Positions 16,206 to 24,530 of a DNA stretch of 29,267 nt are shown one piece after another. Source of the DNA: a virus (Duplodnaviria; Heunggongvirae; Uroviricota; Caudoviricetes); the IMG/VR virus record IMGVR_UViG_3300037400_003880; one strand, written 5' to 3'. The notes under the pieces were generated by a model. That model was not told the DNA's origin and ran no database searches. It saw only the letters and a list, made by a program, of their open reading frames with translations. The translations under genes and the position numbers were made by a program. Every line of letters begins with the position of its first letter. Positions within the stretch are counted from its first letter, which is position 1.

Positions 16206-16393
16206 TGAAAGAGGTAGTACTGGTATTCGGAGAGTACACAAGCGGTGACGGCATGGTTCTGAGAGTGTGTGAGAATCAGGCGGTAGCTGACAAGTGGAAG
16301 GCTATCTATCTGGAACAGGAAATGAAGGGGGCAGGTTCTGGTTTCGACAGGATTTTTACTCAGGTCTGGAGGGTTACTACCGAGGGTTCGTAA
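16205..16393 (+). CDS. hypothetical protein
   Basis: GGAGGG RBS; TAATG coupling. Confidence 0.65.
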   Translation: MKEVVLVFGEYTSGDGMVLRVCENQAVADKWKAIYLEQEMKGAGSGFDRIFTQVWRVTTEGS

Positions 16394-16413
16394 GAACCCT
16401 CACAGAAATTTAT

Positions 16414-16442
16414 TTGACTTTTCTCTGAATCTGTGGTATAAT
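16414..16442 (+). promoter_or_regulatory. sigmaA-type promoter
   Basis: TTGACT-N17-TATAAT. Confidence 0.85.
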
Positions 16443-16482
16443 ATATATAGAGATTGAGAGAAGAGCCAATAAGGAGGACACT

Positions 16483-16698
16483 ATGGAAACTATGGATTTT
16501 TACTCGAAGGCAAAGGAACTGATGAATGAGCTGGTTGCAGAGGACGGCGAATGGGAGCGAATTGATTCGTCCGAAGACTATGACGCAATCAATTCTTTGT
16601 TCACGCAAGGTGAACTGACCGTGCTGCTCATCAAGCTGATGGAAGAGAAGTATGGCAAAAAGTGTCGCCCTTGGGGCTGTGAAGAGGAGTGTGAGTAA
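16483..16698 (+). CDS. hypothetical protein
   Basis: AAGGAGG RBS. Confidence 0.7.
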   Translation: METMDFYSKAKELMNELVAEDGEWERIDSSEDYDAINSLFTQGELTVLLIKLMEEKYGKKCRPWGCEEECE

Positions 16699-16699
16699 T

Positions 16700-17500
16700 A
16701 TGACGGATAAGCATATGGACGCAGTTATGGACTGCGTAAGATTTCTTGAGGGTGAGGGTTACACGGTAATCTACGTTGCTCTCTACGGTTCTCAGAACTA
16801 CGGTATGGATACTCCGCATTCTGACCATGACTTCAAGGCGGTTGTAGCTCCTAAGCTCTACGACATCGCGCTGGGTAAGCAGCCCGTCTCCAAGTGCGTA
16901 GAGTTCGGTGACGGTCTTGTGGACATTAAGGATGTCCGCTGTATGGTTGACAACTGGAAGAAGCAGAATGTAAACTTCCTTGAGCTTCTGTTCACGAAGT
17001 GGTTCTACCTGAACCCTGAGTTCGAGGACTTCATGTGGTTCCGTGAGAACGCAAATGCAATTGCCCATGCTGACGAAGGTCGGGCAATCAATGCAATGCT
17101 CGGTATGATGAAGGAAAAGCAGCACGCTCTGTGCAAGGACTACCCCGCCCAGCTCAAGGACATTGAAGCTCACGGCTACTCTGCAAAGCAGCTCTGTCAT
17201 ATCATCCGCCTTAACAACCTTATGAAGGACTACTTCCTTGAGGACTTTGGTACGATCCTTTGTCCGATGGAGGCGCGGCGTGTTTACATGATGAAGGTAA
17301 AGACATACGAGCAGCTTTTTACCCCTGAGCAAGCTCAGGCTGTAGCAGATGCTCTTGTTCGGACGAATGAGGAAGTAAGAGAATCCTATAAGGATAAGGT
17401 AGCTCCGATCCAGACGTCCATCATGGCAAAGATGGACGAGCACAAGGTTGAAGCAGTAAAGCATGCGCTTCAGCTCGAACTCATGAAGGAGGATATGTAA
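16700..17500 (+). CDS. pol-beta superfamily nucleotidyltransferase (RlaP/NrdC.11-like)
   Basis: LYGSQNYG...SDHDFKAVV signature; KQNVNFLELLF; KQLCHIIRL. Confidence 0.85.
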   Translation: MTDKHMDAVMDCVRFLEGEGYTVIYVALYGSQNYGMDTPHSDHDFKAVVAPKLYDIALGKQPVSKCVEFGDGLVDIKDVRCMVDNWKKQNVNFLELLFTKWFYLNPEFEDFMWFRENANAIAHADEGRAINAMLGMMKEKQHALCKDYPAQLKDIEAHGYSAKQLCHIIRLNNLMKDYFLEDFGTILCPMEARRVYMMKVKTYEQLFTPEQAQAVADALVRTNEEVRESYKDKVAPIQTSIMAKMDEHKVEAVKHALQLELMKEDM

Positions 17501-17733
17501 TGAAAGATAGTCATAAGGCGGCAGGTTTTGGCGCGGCATCAGCAACTGCAACCGCATCGGTCGGTGGCATTAGTTTCGGTAGCTTACTGACCATCGTATT
17601 TATCGTTCTCAAGCTCACAGGCTATATCACATGGTCTTGGGTGTGGGTACTCGCCCCTCTGTGGATCCCCGTAGTTGGCTTCATCGTTTTCGCAGGGATC
17701 GCGGCATTCCTGATTGCGTCACTCAGTAAATAA
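17500..17733 (+). CDS. two-TM membrane protein (WSWxWVLAPLWIP type)
   Basis: AGGAGG RBS; hydrophobic segments. Confidence 0.75.
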   Translation: MKDSHKAAGFGAASATATASVGGISFGSLLTIVFIVLKLTGYITWSWVWVLAPLWIPVVGFIVFAGIAAFLIASLSK

Positions 17734-17741
17734 AAAAATAT

Positions 17742-17770
17742 TTGACTTTTCTGGAAAAATGTGATATAAT
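17742..17770 (+). promoter_or_regulatory. sigmaA-type promoter
   Basis: TTGACT-N17-TATAAT. Confidence 0.85.
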
Positions 17771-17814
17771 ATATATATAGAGAGTTAAGGAAAAGAGACT
17801 TAAAGGAGGAGCTT

Positions 17815-18012
17815 ATGACCAAGGAGCAAATGCTTGCGTTTCTTGAGCAGTATGAGGACGGCGATGTTATTGATGAGTATGAGCTGGCTCGCTATCAGCA
17901 GTCTATTACTGAAGCTCATGAGCGATTCGTTGAAGAGCTTGAAGAGCGTCAGTATGCTTCTGGTTTCTATGCTCAGCAGGATGTAATCGAGATGTATCGC
18001 CGTGAGCGGTAA
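17815..18012 (+). CDS. small acidic protein, paralog of 15621..15818
   Basis: MTKEQMLAFLEQYEDG...GFYAQQD...RRER. Confidence 0.75.
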   Translation: MTKEQMLAFLEQYEDGDVIDEYELARYQQSITEAHERFVEELEERQYASGFYAQQDVIEMYRRER

Positions 18013-18020
18013 GGAGGTTT

Positions 18021-18437
18021 ATGATGAAAACTAAGTACGTCATCTACGGGTATGAGTTTTCTACGAATGAGAAGGGCGCAGCTCCTGAAGTCTGCCAGTA
18101 TCAAGTTGCAGAAGTCTTCTATGGCGAGCATGATAATGTTACAATGCTTGTTCACTCGGACTTCTCCTTCTGGAAGTCTACGATGAGGGCGAAGGTGTGG
18201 AAGCAAGTTTATCAGGAGCAGGATTTGAATGAGTATCCTCCCGATGCTTTGGCTTACTTAATCAAGGACTTCGATAAGCTGAGCACAGTTCACTGGTACT
18301 TCCTCACAGAGAATGAGTACAATGAGTGGGTTGAATGGGCAAAGGGCGACGGGGCAAAAGAGGTAACAATTTCTAAGATTTACTCGAAGAGCGCCATGGA
18401 TGAGGATTCCGTTTACATAAAGTTCACAAAAAATTAA
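18021..18437 (+). CDS. hypothetical protein
   Basis: AAGGAGGT RBS. Confidence 0.7.
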   Translation: MMKTKYVIYGYEFSTNEKGAAPEVCQYQVAEVFYGEHDNVTMLVHSDFSFWKSTMRAKVWKQVYQEQDLNEYPPDALAYLIKDFDKLSTVHWYFLTENEYNEWVEWAKGDGAKEVTISKIYSKSAMDEDSVYIKFTKN

Positions 18438-18448
18438 CGAAAAAATAA

Positions 18449-18477
18449 TTGACTTTTTCCAAAAAATATGATATAAT
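18449..18477 (+). promoter_or_regulatory. sigmaA-type promoter with upstream TTHACA repeats
   Basis: TTGACT-N17-TATAAT; repeats at 18412, 18423, 18434. Confidence 0.85.
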
Positions 18478-18505
18478 ATATATAGAAAGTGAGGGAAAAG
18501 TTGAT

Positions 18506-18694
18506 ATGGAAAAGCGCTACGAGGTAAGTTGGTACAAGGAATGTTATCCACTCCCTGATGAAGGTGGCAAGAAGATGTTCGATACTCATGAAGCAGCGAC
18601 CATATTCGGTCATAAGATGCGCAAAGCGGGTTATTCCACATGGCTTAGAGTAATGGTCTACGATCCTGACGAGGAGGTATGGTATGAATATTGA
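18506..18694 (+). CDS. hypothetical protein
   Basis: GTGAGGG RBS, ATG 18506. Confidence 0.65.
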   Translation: MEKRYEVSWYKECYPLPDEGGKKMFDTHEAATIFGHKMRKAGYSTWLRVMVYDPDEEVWYEY

Positions 18695-18920
18695 GAAGTT
18701 CGAGGAGATTCTCCGCTGGAAGTATGACAACGGCGTTCACGACTTCGTCGGTAATCTTTCTGGTAACAAGTACCATATCCAGAACCCCTCTGGTAAGATT
18801 CGTGGATATGCGTTGTTCGCAAATGATAAGCTCATTTGTTGCAACACCCGTTTCACCAACGTTGCGTGGAGCCTCTGGGATATTGAATCTGAGGTTGCAG
18901 GAGTTAAGGAGGATGCTTAA
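18684..18920 (+). CDS. hypothetical protein
   Basis: GAGGAGGT RBS. Confidence 0.7.
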   Translation: MNIEKFEEILRWKYDNGVHDFVGNLSGNKYHIQNPSGKIRGYALFANDKLICCNTRFTNVAWSLWDIESEVAGVKEDA

Positions 18921-19114
18921 TGAGATACGCAGTTATTGACTGGTACGAATCTGATGAAGGTGATGTTCTCGGTATTGAGTTGACAAGAGAGGAAGCTGAT
19001 GCTCTGGTGGCGCAGCGCATTGAAGACACCGATGGCGAGTGCGATGTTCAGGTTTACGACAACGAGATGGACAAGGATATTTACTCCATGCTGATGGAGA
19101 ACATCTACGGCTAA
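18920..19114 (+). CDS. acidic hypothetical protein
   Basis: AAGGAGG RBS; TAATG coupling. Confidence 0.7.
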   Translation: MRYAVIDWYESDEGDVLGIELTREEADALVAQRIEDTDGECDVQVYDNEMDKDIYSMLMENIYG

Positions 19115-19134
19115 TGACTACGGAGGTAAAGATT

Positions 19135-19371
19135 ATGGAACTTTGGATCGTACTTGACAGCTTATCTAATGAGCCGGAAGTCTTCTCTGACAGGGGCGCG
19201 GCAGTAAGCTTCGCACTGGAAATTCTTCAGGGTTATCAGGAGCATTGGCAGTTTGAACAAGAAGAGTATGAAGACTCTTGCACAGACATCAGAAACGGAA
19301 AAGACAATTCTGAATGTTGGGGCACTTACCTCGGTGAGTGTGAGGTAAACATTTTCAAAAAGTCTATTTGA
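19135..19371 (+). CDS. hypothetical protein
   Basis: GGAGGT RBS before ATG 19135. Confidence 0.65.
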   Translation: MELWIVLDSLSNEPEVFSDRGAAVSFALEILQGYQEHWQFEQEEYEDSCTDIRNGKDNSECWGTYLGECEVNIFKKSI

Positions 19372-19396
19372 CTTTTTGAGAAAATTATGTTATAAT
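19368..19396 (+). promoter_or_regulatory. sigmaA-type promoter
   Basis: TTGACT-N17-TATAAT. Confidence 0.85.
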
Positions 19397-19432
19397 ATTT
19401 ATAGAGAGTTAAGGAAAAGCCCCTAAAGGAGG

Positions 19433-19708
19433 ATGCTTATGTTTGAGCGTATGTTTCTTATTCAGAAGGTTTCCCGTGCCGGCACTTGCCATGAGGTTCG
19501 AGATAACGAAATCGCAAATGAGCTTCAGGTTATCAACTTCGTAGATTTCTCTGACCTCTATGATTGGGATGATTTCAAGGTCTATGAGATTACGAACCCC
19601 GGCGAAGTTATTCCCCTTATCTACAAAGGTTGGCAGCCTGGTTGCTTGATCGAGTTTACGAATGATAAAGGAGAGGTTGTTCTCTCTGGCTACGGCACTG
19701 ACCACTAA
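19433..19708 (+). CDS. hypothetical protein
   Basis: AAGGAGG RBS; ends GEVVLSGYGTDH. Confidence 0.75.
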   Translation: MLMFERMFLIQKVSRAGTCHEVRDNEIANELQVINFVDFSDLYDWDDFKVYEITNPGEVIPLIYKGWQPGCLIEFTNDKGEVVLSGYGTDH

Positions 19709-19728
19709 GAACCAATAAGGAGAGGCTT

Positions 19729-19992
19729 ATGAGCGAATATATTGATATTGTACGAGACAAGATTACACGAGCTTCTTTTCGTCCCGCAAATCCTAAACAC
19801 TGGATTGTGCGTATTATTCAAGATGACGCAGGTCACATGACCGAGTTTAAGCGGGGCGGCATTCTGACTGAGCATGATGCTCAGAAGTGGGCACGGACTC
19901 TTGTGGAAGATTATCCAAATGCTGTAGAGATTGTTCTCTATGAACTGACGAACGCCGAACTGAATGCATATAAGGCAAAAGGTTGGGCGTAA
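19729..19992 (+). CDS. hypothetical protein
   Basis: AAGGAGAGG RBS. Confidence 0.7.
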   Translation: MSEYIDIVRDKITRASFRPANPKHWIVRIIQDDAGHMTEFKRGGILTEHDAQKWARTLVEDYPNAVEIVLYELTNAELNAYKAKGWA

Positions 19993-20051
19993 GACTTCTA
20001 AAATAGTGATGTAAGGTTGAAATCCCTTGCTGGAGCAGAAAGAGAGTTTAT

Positions 20052-20294
20052 ATGCTGTTTTATGAATCTAAGTTCTGCGATTGCTGTAAAAGAAAACTGA
20101 CACTTCCTTATTACTATGAGCGAGAAGATGGTTGCTACGCTTTTCGAGTCGATACAACTGAGGGTGTAAAATGGATTTGTTCCACTTGCTTGTATGCCTA
20201 CAATATCCTTGATAGGCTCCCCAATGAAAAAGAGCGCTTGATGGATAGAAAATCTCTCATGAAACGGAGAGAACAAGAGAAAAAGTTTAATTGA
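20052..20294 (+). CDS. small Zn-finger-like protein (CDCC...CSTC)
   Basis: 80-aa ORF ending in the next promoter. Confidence 0.55.
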   Translation: MLFYESKFCDCCKRKLTLPYYYEREDGCYAFRVDTTEGVKWICSTCLYAYNILDRLPNEKERLMDRKSLMKRREQEKKFN

Positions 20295-20319
20295 CTTTTC
20301 TGAAAAAATATGATATAAT
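20291..20319 (+). promoter_or_regulatory. sigmaA-type promoter
   Basis: TTGACT-N17-TATAAT. Confidence 0.85.
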
Positions 20320-20479
20320 ATATATAGAGAGTTGAGAGAGAGCAGGAAATCAACTTCCTCTCGATAAGGTTCCAGTGTGAATCCCAAGTTAGGTTTCTGG
20401 AGCTGAGATAATTGGGGATACGGATCGGTGCCGAATCGCCGTGAAAAGGTTCGGTGAAAGTTCCTCTCAACCTTTAAAT

Positions 20480-20557
20480 GCCGGCGTGGCGCAACTGGAA
20501 AGACGCGCGAGCCTCAGAAACTCGATAGTGTGGGTTCGAGTCCCACCGCCGGCACCA
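20480..20557 (+). tRNA. trnL-CAG: tRNA-Leu(CAG) with short variable loop
   Basis: GCCGGCG/CGCCGGC acceptor; Leu-type D arm; loop CT-CAG-AA; variable region only ATAGT; A73; CCA. Confidence 0.8.
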
Positions 20558-20677
20558 GAGGAGTTTGATTGTCCCATGCAATATGGGCGGGAGCCTTCTC
20601 CTTGAACAAAAAGGGCGAACAACGATGCGGCTACAGCATTGAATGTGAGAGGAAGTGCGCATACCTCAAGTGGCACA

Positions 20678-20779
20678 GCTCATGTCAAATCCGTAAGATA
20701 GGTTCGATTCCTATTTTAAGCATTGGAGTGCGACGGGTGATAGGGACGGATGGAGGTTCGAGTCCTCCCATGAGCACTA
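20678..20779 (+). ncRNA. twin-T-arm tRNA-like RNA A
   Basis: GCTCATG/CATGAGC + ACTA; two TTCGA T-arms; internal ATCCGT/ACGGAT stem. Confidence 0.6.
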
Positions 20780-20819
20780 ATTATAACATTGTTTCTTTCA
20801 AAAGTTAGCAAATAAATAT

Positions 20820-20848
20820 TTGACTTTTTTGAAAAAATATGTTATAAT
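20820..20848 (+). promoter_or_regulatory. sigmaA-type promoter
   Basis: TTGACT-N17-TATAAT. Confidence 0.85.
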
Positions 20849-20927
20849 ATATATGTAAGATAAAGAAAAGGGCGGTAAACAAAATGCCCACGTCAATCCT
20901 CTTTTGAGGAAGAAAAGGAGAAAGCGT

Positions 20928-21314
20928 ATGTTTATGGATTTCACTAACGTAGAAGACAAGTCCGTTAAGACTGTAGCTCGTGCGACTGGTGTAGCGGAGC
21001 TTGAAGCGTGGCTCAAGGAGAACTTCGGTGAAGCGAATGTAACTCAGACTGGTTCTGGTGATTTCGCTGTGGCTCTCGGTGAGAAGGGCAACGAGGTTTG
21101 CGTTGAGTTCAGCGTAACTGCCAAGGATGTGTTCGACCGCCAGACTCCCAAGAAGGGACTTGTAAAGGCATTCGATCGTAAGGCGGCAGGTGACAAGTAT
21201 AAGGCAGACCGTGAGAAGGCTGAAGCAAACAAGGCAGCTCGCAAGGCAGTATCCGACAAGAACAAGGCTCGTGATAAGGCAAAGCGGGAGGCTGCGGCAG
21301 AAGCAGAAGACTAA
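20928..21314 (+). CDS. hypothetical protein, paralog family B, Lys/Ala-rich tail
   Basis: AAGGAG RBS; VTAK motif shared with 22092 and 28671. Confidence 0.75.
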   Translation: MFMDFTNVEDKSVKTVARATGVAELEAWLKENFGEANVTQTGSGDFAVALGEKGNEVCVEFSVTAKDVFDRQTPKKGLVKAFDRKAAGDKYKADREKAEANKAARKAVSDKNKARDKAKREAAAEAED

Positions 21315-21440
21315 TTGATTTAAGCGGCACGTGGTTCGGTACGGTTTCTGAATGACCCCGCTATAAAAATGTGGTGTAATTGTAACCGAGGTGCGCCTTA
21401 CCTAACCTTTCATCTTTGATAAAAAACGTTAAGGCAAAAA

Positions 21441-21540
21441 TGACCAGAGAGACTTGGATAGCGACCACTCCCATGAGTGGTAAGTGTGGTTCAATTCCAC
21501 CATTTGGAGTAAGGGCAGGTTCGACTCCTGCGCTGGTCAT
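21441..21540 (+). ncRNA. twin-T-arm tRNA-like RNA B
   Basis: TGACCAG/CTGGTCA closing stem; T-arms GTGG-TTCAATT-CCAC and GCAGG-TTCGACT-CCTGC. Confidence 0.6.
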
Positions 21541-21544
21541 AAAT

Positions 21545-21617
21545 CGCGCCATCGTCTAAGAGGTCAGGACGAGTCCCTTTCAAGGACTAAATGTGGGTTC
21601 GATTCCCGCTGGCGTGA
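21545..21617 (+). tRNA. trnE-TTC: tRNA-Glu(TTC)
   Basis: AGTCC-CTTTCAA-GGACT; no encoded CCA. Confidence 0.9.
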
Positions 21618-21673
21618 TGTCCTTAAAAAATTATGACTGCCGGCACAACTGCCGGAGAAAAGGAGAATGCCAA

Positions 21674-21856
21674 ATGAGAAAGCAGAATCAGAAGGTTCAG
21701 ACTCGTCAGATTACCGCAGGTGTTACCCTGACTGGTACGAAGTCTGTGGAATGGTGGGACGAGCAGGTTCGGAAGGATGTCGCAGCTCGGAAGGAAAACT
21801 TCTATACGAAGGACGTTTACTTTACGCCCGACTTCCAGCTCAAAGCTGAGGGCTGA
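21674..21856 (+). CDS. small hypothetical protein
   Basis: AAGGAG RBS, ATG 21674. Confidence 0.6.
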   Translation: MRKQNQKVQTRQITAGVTLTGTKSVEWWDEQVRKDVAARKENFYTKDVYFTPDFQLKAEG

Positions 21857-21976
21857 GAAGTCCTGATCCTTAACTAAAAGGGGAGGTTAGTTCGTAGTCT
21901 TAGGATTACACCAGAGCCTCCCCTTGATTAGGGAATTTGTTCACAAAAAGTTCATAATTTGTTTACAAAAAATCTA

Positions 21977-22005
21977 TTGACTTTTTTCAAAAAATATGAT
22001 ATAAT
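21977..22005 (+). promoter_or_regulatory. sigmaA-type promoter with upstream TTHACA repeats
   Basis: TTGACT-N17-TATAAT; repeats at 21940, 21951, 21962. Confidence 0.85.
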
Positions 22006-22091
22006 ATATATGTAAGATAAAGAAAAGGACAGAAACCAAAGAGGTTCCGTCCTACGAACCAGACAAAGTCTGGAGAAATGGAGAGTGCTAA

Positions 22092-22457
22092 ATGGCAGAT
22101 ATGGTTGAGAAGGTTCTCCCTGACTACACTGGCATGAAGGTTTCTCAGGTGAAGGCGGCAGTTCGTGCTCAGATTATGGAGGATTTCTTTGAGTTTCTTC
22201 AGCAGAAGTACAACACCTATGGTCAGGTTGCGGCAGGTGAGATTGCTTTCTATGCGGCAACTTTCACTGACGAGGATGGCTTCCAGCACGATGTGCCGGC
22301 AGTAATCAAGGTAACTGCGAAGCCGTTCTATGATTCCGTTGGAGAGAAGGGGCGTAAGACTGAGCCGTATGATGTAGAAGAGGAGATTAAGCAGTTTAAG
22401 CTGGCAAAGGCTGGTCAGGCAACTCGTCATAAGGGTCGCCCGAAGAAGGAGTCTTAA
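22092..22457 (+). CDS. hypothetical protein, paralog family B
   Basis: GGAG RBS; EDGF..D...IKVTAK. Confidence 0.75.
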   Translation: MADMVEKVLPDYTGMKVSQVKAAVRAQIMEDFFEFLQQKYNTYGQVAAGEIAFYAATFTDEDGFQHDVPAVIKVTAKPFYDSVGEKGRKTEPYDVEEEIKQFKLAKAGQATRHKGRPKKES

Positions 22458-22486
22458 AAAAAAGGAGAACGGAATCCGTTCTCCTT
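22456..22486. terminator. terminator hairpin between convergent genes
   Basis: AAGGAGAACGGA/TCCGTTCTCCTT with an A8 tract (U tract on the minus strand). Confidence 0.8.
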
Positions 22487-22492
22487 ATAGTA

Positions 22493-22828
22493 TCAACCAA
22501 ATTGAATTGTTTCTTCTTCAGGAGAAGTTCTAATTTCATAAGCCTAATCAATTTTGACATTTAGATTGTTAATGGTTTCTTCTAAAGATTGTCCATTAAC
22601 ACTTATGTCTCTTGAGTCAAGAGTGATTTTGTCCCCTACTTCTTGACCGCTTTCTACTTCTTTTAGTACGTAAGTAACAACTCCGTCTTCTAACCTTTTT
22701 TCGAGAGTATATCTGATGTTAGTCCCAGATGAGCCACCGCCGATTCCTCTCAGTCTAGCAAAATATGCGGGATCAATGGTATCATCTTTTCCACGATTTC
22801 GGTTGATATATCTACTCATTTTATTCAC
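22493..22828 (-). CDS. hypothetical (possibly virion-associated) protein; TAG at 22544-22546 read through
   Basis: GGAGGTG RBS; read-through adds QAYEIRTSPEEETIQFG and ends at a TGA adjacent to the terminator. Confidence 0.65.
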
Positions 22829-22979
22829 CTCCGAATATTATTGGCGCTCTGCCAATTCTAAAGAAAAGTGAGTAAAGGCACAAGAAAATCAAATAAAGTA
22901 AGGCTGTTAAGTAAATAATGAGAAAATTCTTCCTTTGCGACCGTAGTAAGCTTATTGAAATGTAAAGGAGGCTAAAGTA

Positions 22980-23195
22980 ATGAGAGAAGTAAATTTTTCA
23001 GAAGTTATTAAAGCAGTACGAACATTTGATGAGGCTTCAGAAGTTTTTCTTGATTCTATTGAGAAGAATTTTGGAGAAGTTCCTTAGGAATTGATGAACT
23101 GTTGTTATAAAGTGCTTAATTTAACAGCAGAATTGATGGCATCAGAGGGAATGAATAGAGAAGAAGTGGAAATGAAGATTTTTGAGGGGCGGTAA
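22980..23195 (+). CDS. 71-aa hypothetical protein with in-frame TAG (23085-23087)
   Basis: AAGGAGG RBS; MREVNFSEVIK...GEVP*ELMNCCYK...KIFEGR. Confidence 0.65.
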
Positions 23196-23259
23196 TAAGA
23201 ATGGCGTCGTGAATTTTATGGTTGCGGCGCCATTTAAGTTTAGTTAGGAGGTTCATATA

Positions 23260-23673
23260 ATGGGTGATTTTGAAAATGTGCCGTTGACTGTAACGGAAAG
23301 AAAAATATTGGCAAATTAGGAGTAGCAAAAACGGCAGAAAATTCTTTATAAGATTGGTTATAATACTGCTGGCTGCTATGAATTAACTTTTCCAAATGGA
23401 AAGAAATATATAGGGAAATCAATTAAGTTAGGTCATCGAATCGCAGACCACTTGAGAGAATTAATTCCGACAAATGGTAAGGTTATTAAGAAGTATAGTA
23501 TGAATTGGTATGCAATAGCTGTTAAAGAAAATGAAGGGCGGCTCAATTCCATTAGTGATATTAGAATACGAGGATGGCGGAGTAAGAGTTGTGACATTTT
23601 AGAAAAATAGTTGCTTTCTTCTATTCCAGTAGAAGAGCGATGCAATTATTATAATGAAATTTTTTATGACTGA
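23260..23673 (+). CDS. GIY-YIG endonuclease with three in-frame TAG codons
   Basis: AGGAGGT RBS; GCYELTFPNGKKYIGKSIKLGHRIADH, ILEK*LL, NYYN; TAG at 23317, 23323, 23608. Confidence 0.82.
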
Positions 23674-23839
23674 ATTGATTGAGTTAAAAGAGGGGATGAA
23701 AACAATAGAGTAAATGCCAGATCAAACAACTTATTAACTGATTAAGAGAAATTTAATTAAACGTAATTGGGAAAGTAATTATTAAGGTAATTATAGAGTA
23801 TAATTAAGATTATAATATAGAGTAATTAAAGAAGTAATA

Positions 23840-24100
23840 AAGAGAGAAGAAGAATAGAAGAAAAACAAAAGGAGGACAAAAGGAAAAGAACAGAACGGAA
23901 AGAGGAAGAACGGAAGAAGAACAGAAGAAGAACAGAAGAAGAACAGAAGAAGAAGAAGAACAGAAGAAGAAGAACAAAAAAAAGGAAACGGGATAGAGAA
24001 CGGAAGAAGAACAGAAGAAGAAGAACAGTAATAGAAGTAGTAGTAGAAGAAGAAGAACAGAATAACAGAAAGAATGAGAACGAAAAGGAGTAGTACCTAA
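23840..24100 (+). repeat. polypurine (GAA)n/AAGAAGAACAG low-complexity tract
   Basis: repeated GAAGAACAGAA units; almost no T over 23860-24020. Confidence 0.8.
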
Positions 24101-24280
24101 AGTAATACTATAACTATAATAAAGAGTAATAATAAAGGGAGCCGAGTCTCGTGGGAACCTTACCCCTTAAGCCCTACGAATCCTAAAAAAATAAAGCCCC
24201 TCAAAATCAGAGATAGGGGCTTGGGAATTGGTTTGTTGAAGATGGGGCATATTGGCATCATAACCCACACATTGACGGGT

Positions 24281-24360
24281 TGAAATGTGCGTTAGCAGGA
24301 TGAAATGTGCGATAGCAAGAAATAATGTGCGATAGCAGGATGAAATGTGCGTGGCAACAC
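24281..24360 (+). repeat. four 20-bp tandem direct repeats (TGAAATGTGCGWTAGCAGGA)
   Basis: exact 20-nt period. Confidence 0.8.
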
Positions 24361-24473
24361 AGCAACGAAAAAGTCAAGTAAATAATAAATTAAATAAATA
24401 AGGGGGAGTCAAGATTTTCAAGATACGGCGGCACGAAACCACTTAAAAGTGAACGGGGAGGATAGTCAAGAAT

Positions 24474-24502
24474 TTGACTTTTCTTTCAGTTTGTGATATA
24501 AT
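24474..24502 (+). promoter_or_regulatory. sigmaA-type promoter
   Basis: TTGACT-N17-TATAAT. Confidence 0.8.
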
Positions 24503-24530
24503 TAAGTAAAGAGAGGAGGGAAAAACTACA

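Noticed and set aside
16631-17557. 308-aa minus-strand ORF
   Set aside because: Antisense shadow of the nucleotidyltransferase; no promoter or RBS. The same applies to the other minus-strand ORF-track entries in 1-22.4 kb.
20480-20557. Opal/Sec tRNA (TCA in the loop)
   Set aside because: The U33 register gives CAG, Sec-specific long arms are absent, and TGA is used as a normal stop in many genes here.
23840-24100. Glu/Arg/Lys-rich coding sequence
   Set aside because: No start codon follows the AGGAGG, the repeat units shift frame, and TAA stops are present.
24281-24360. CRISPR array
   Set aside because: The repeats abut with no unique spacers, and there are no cas genes.
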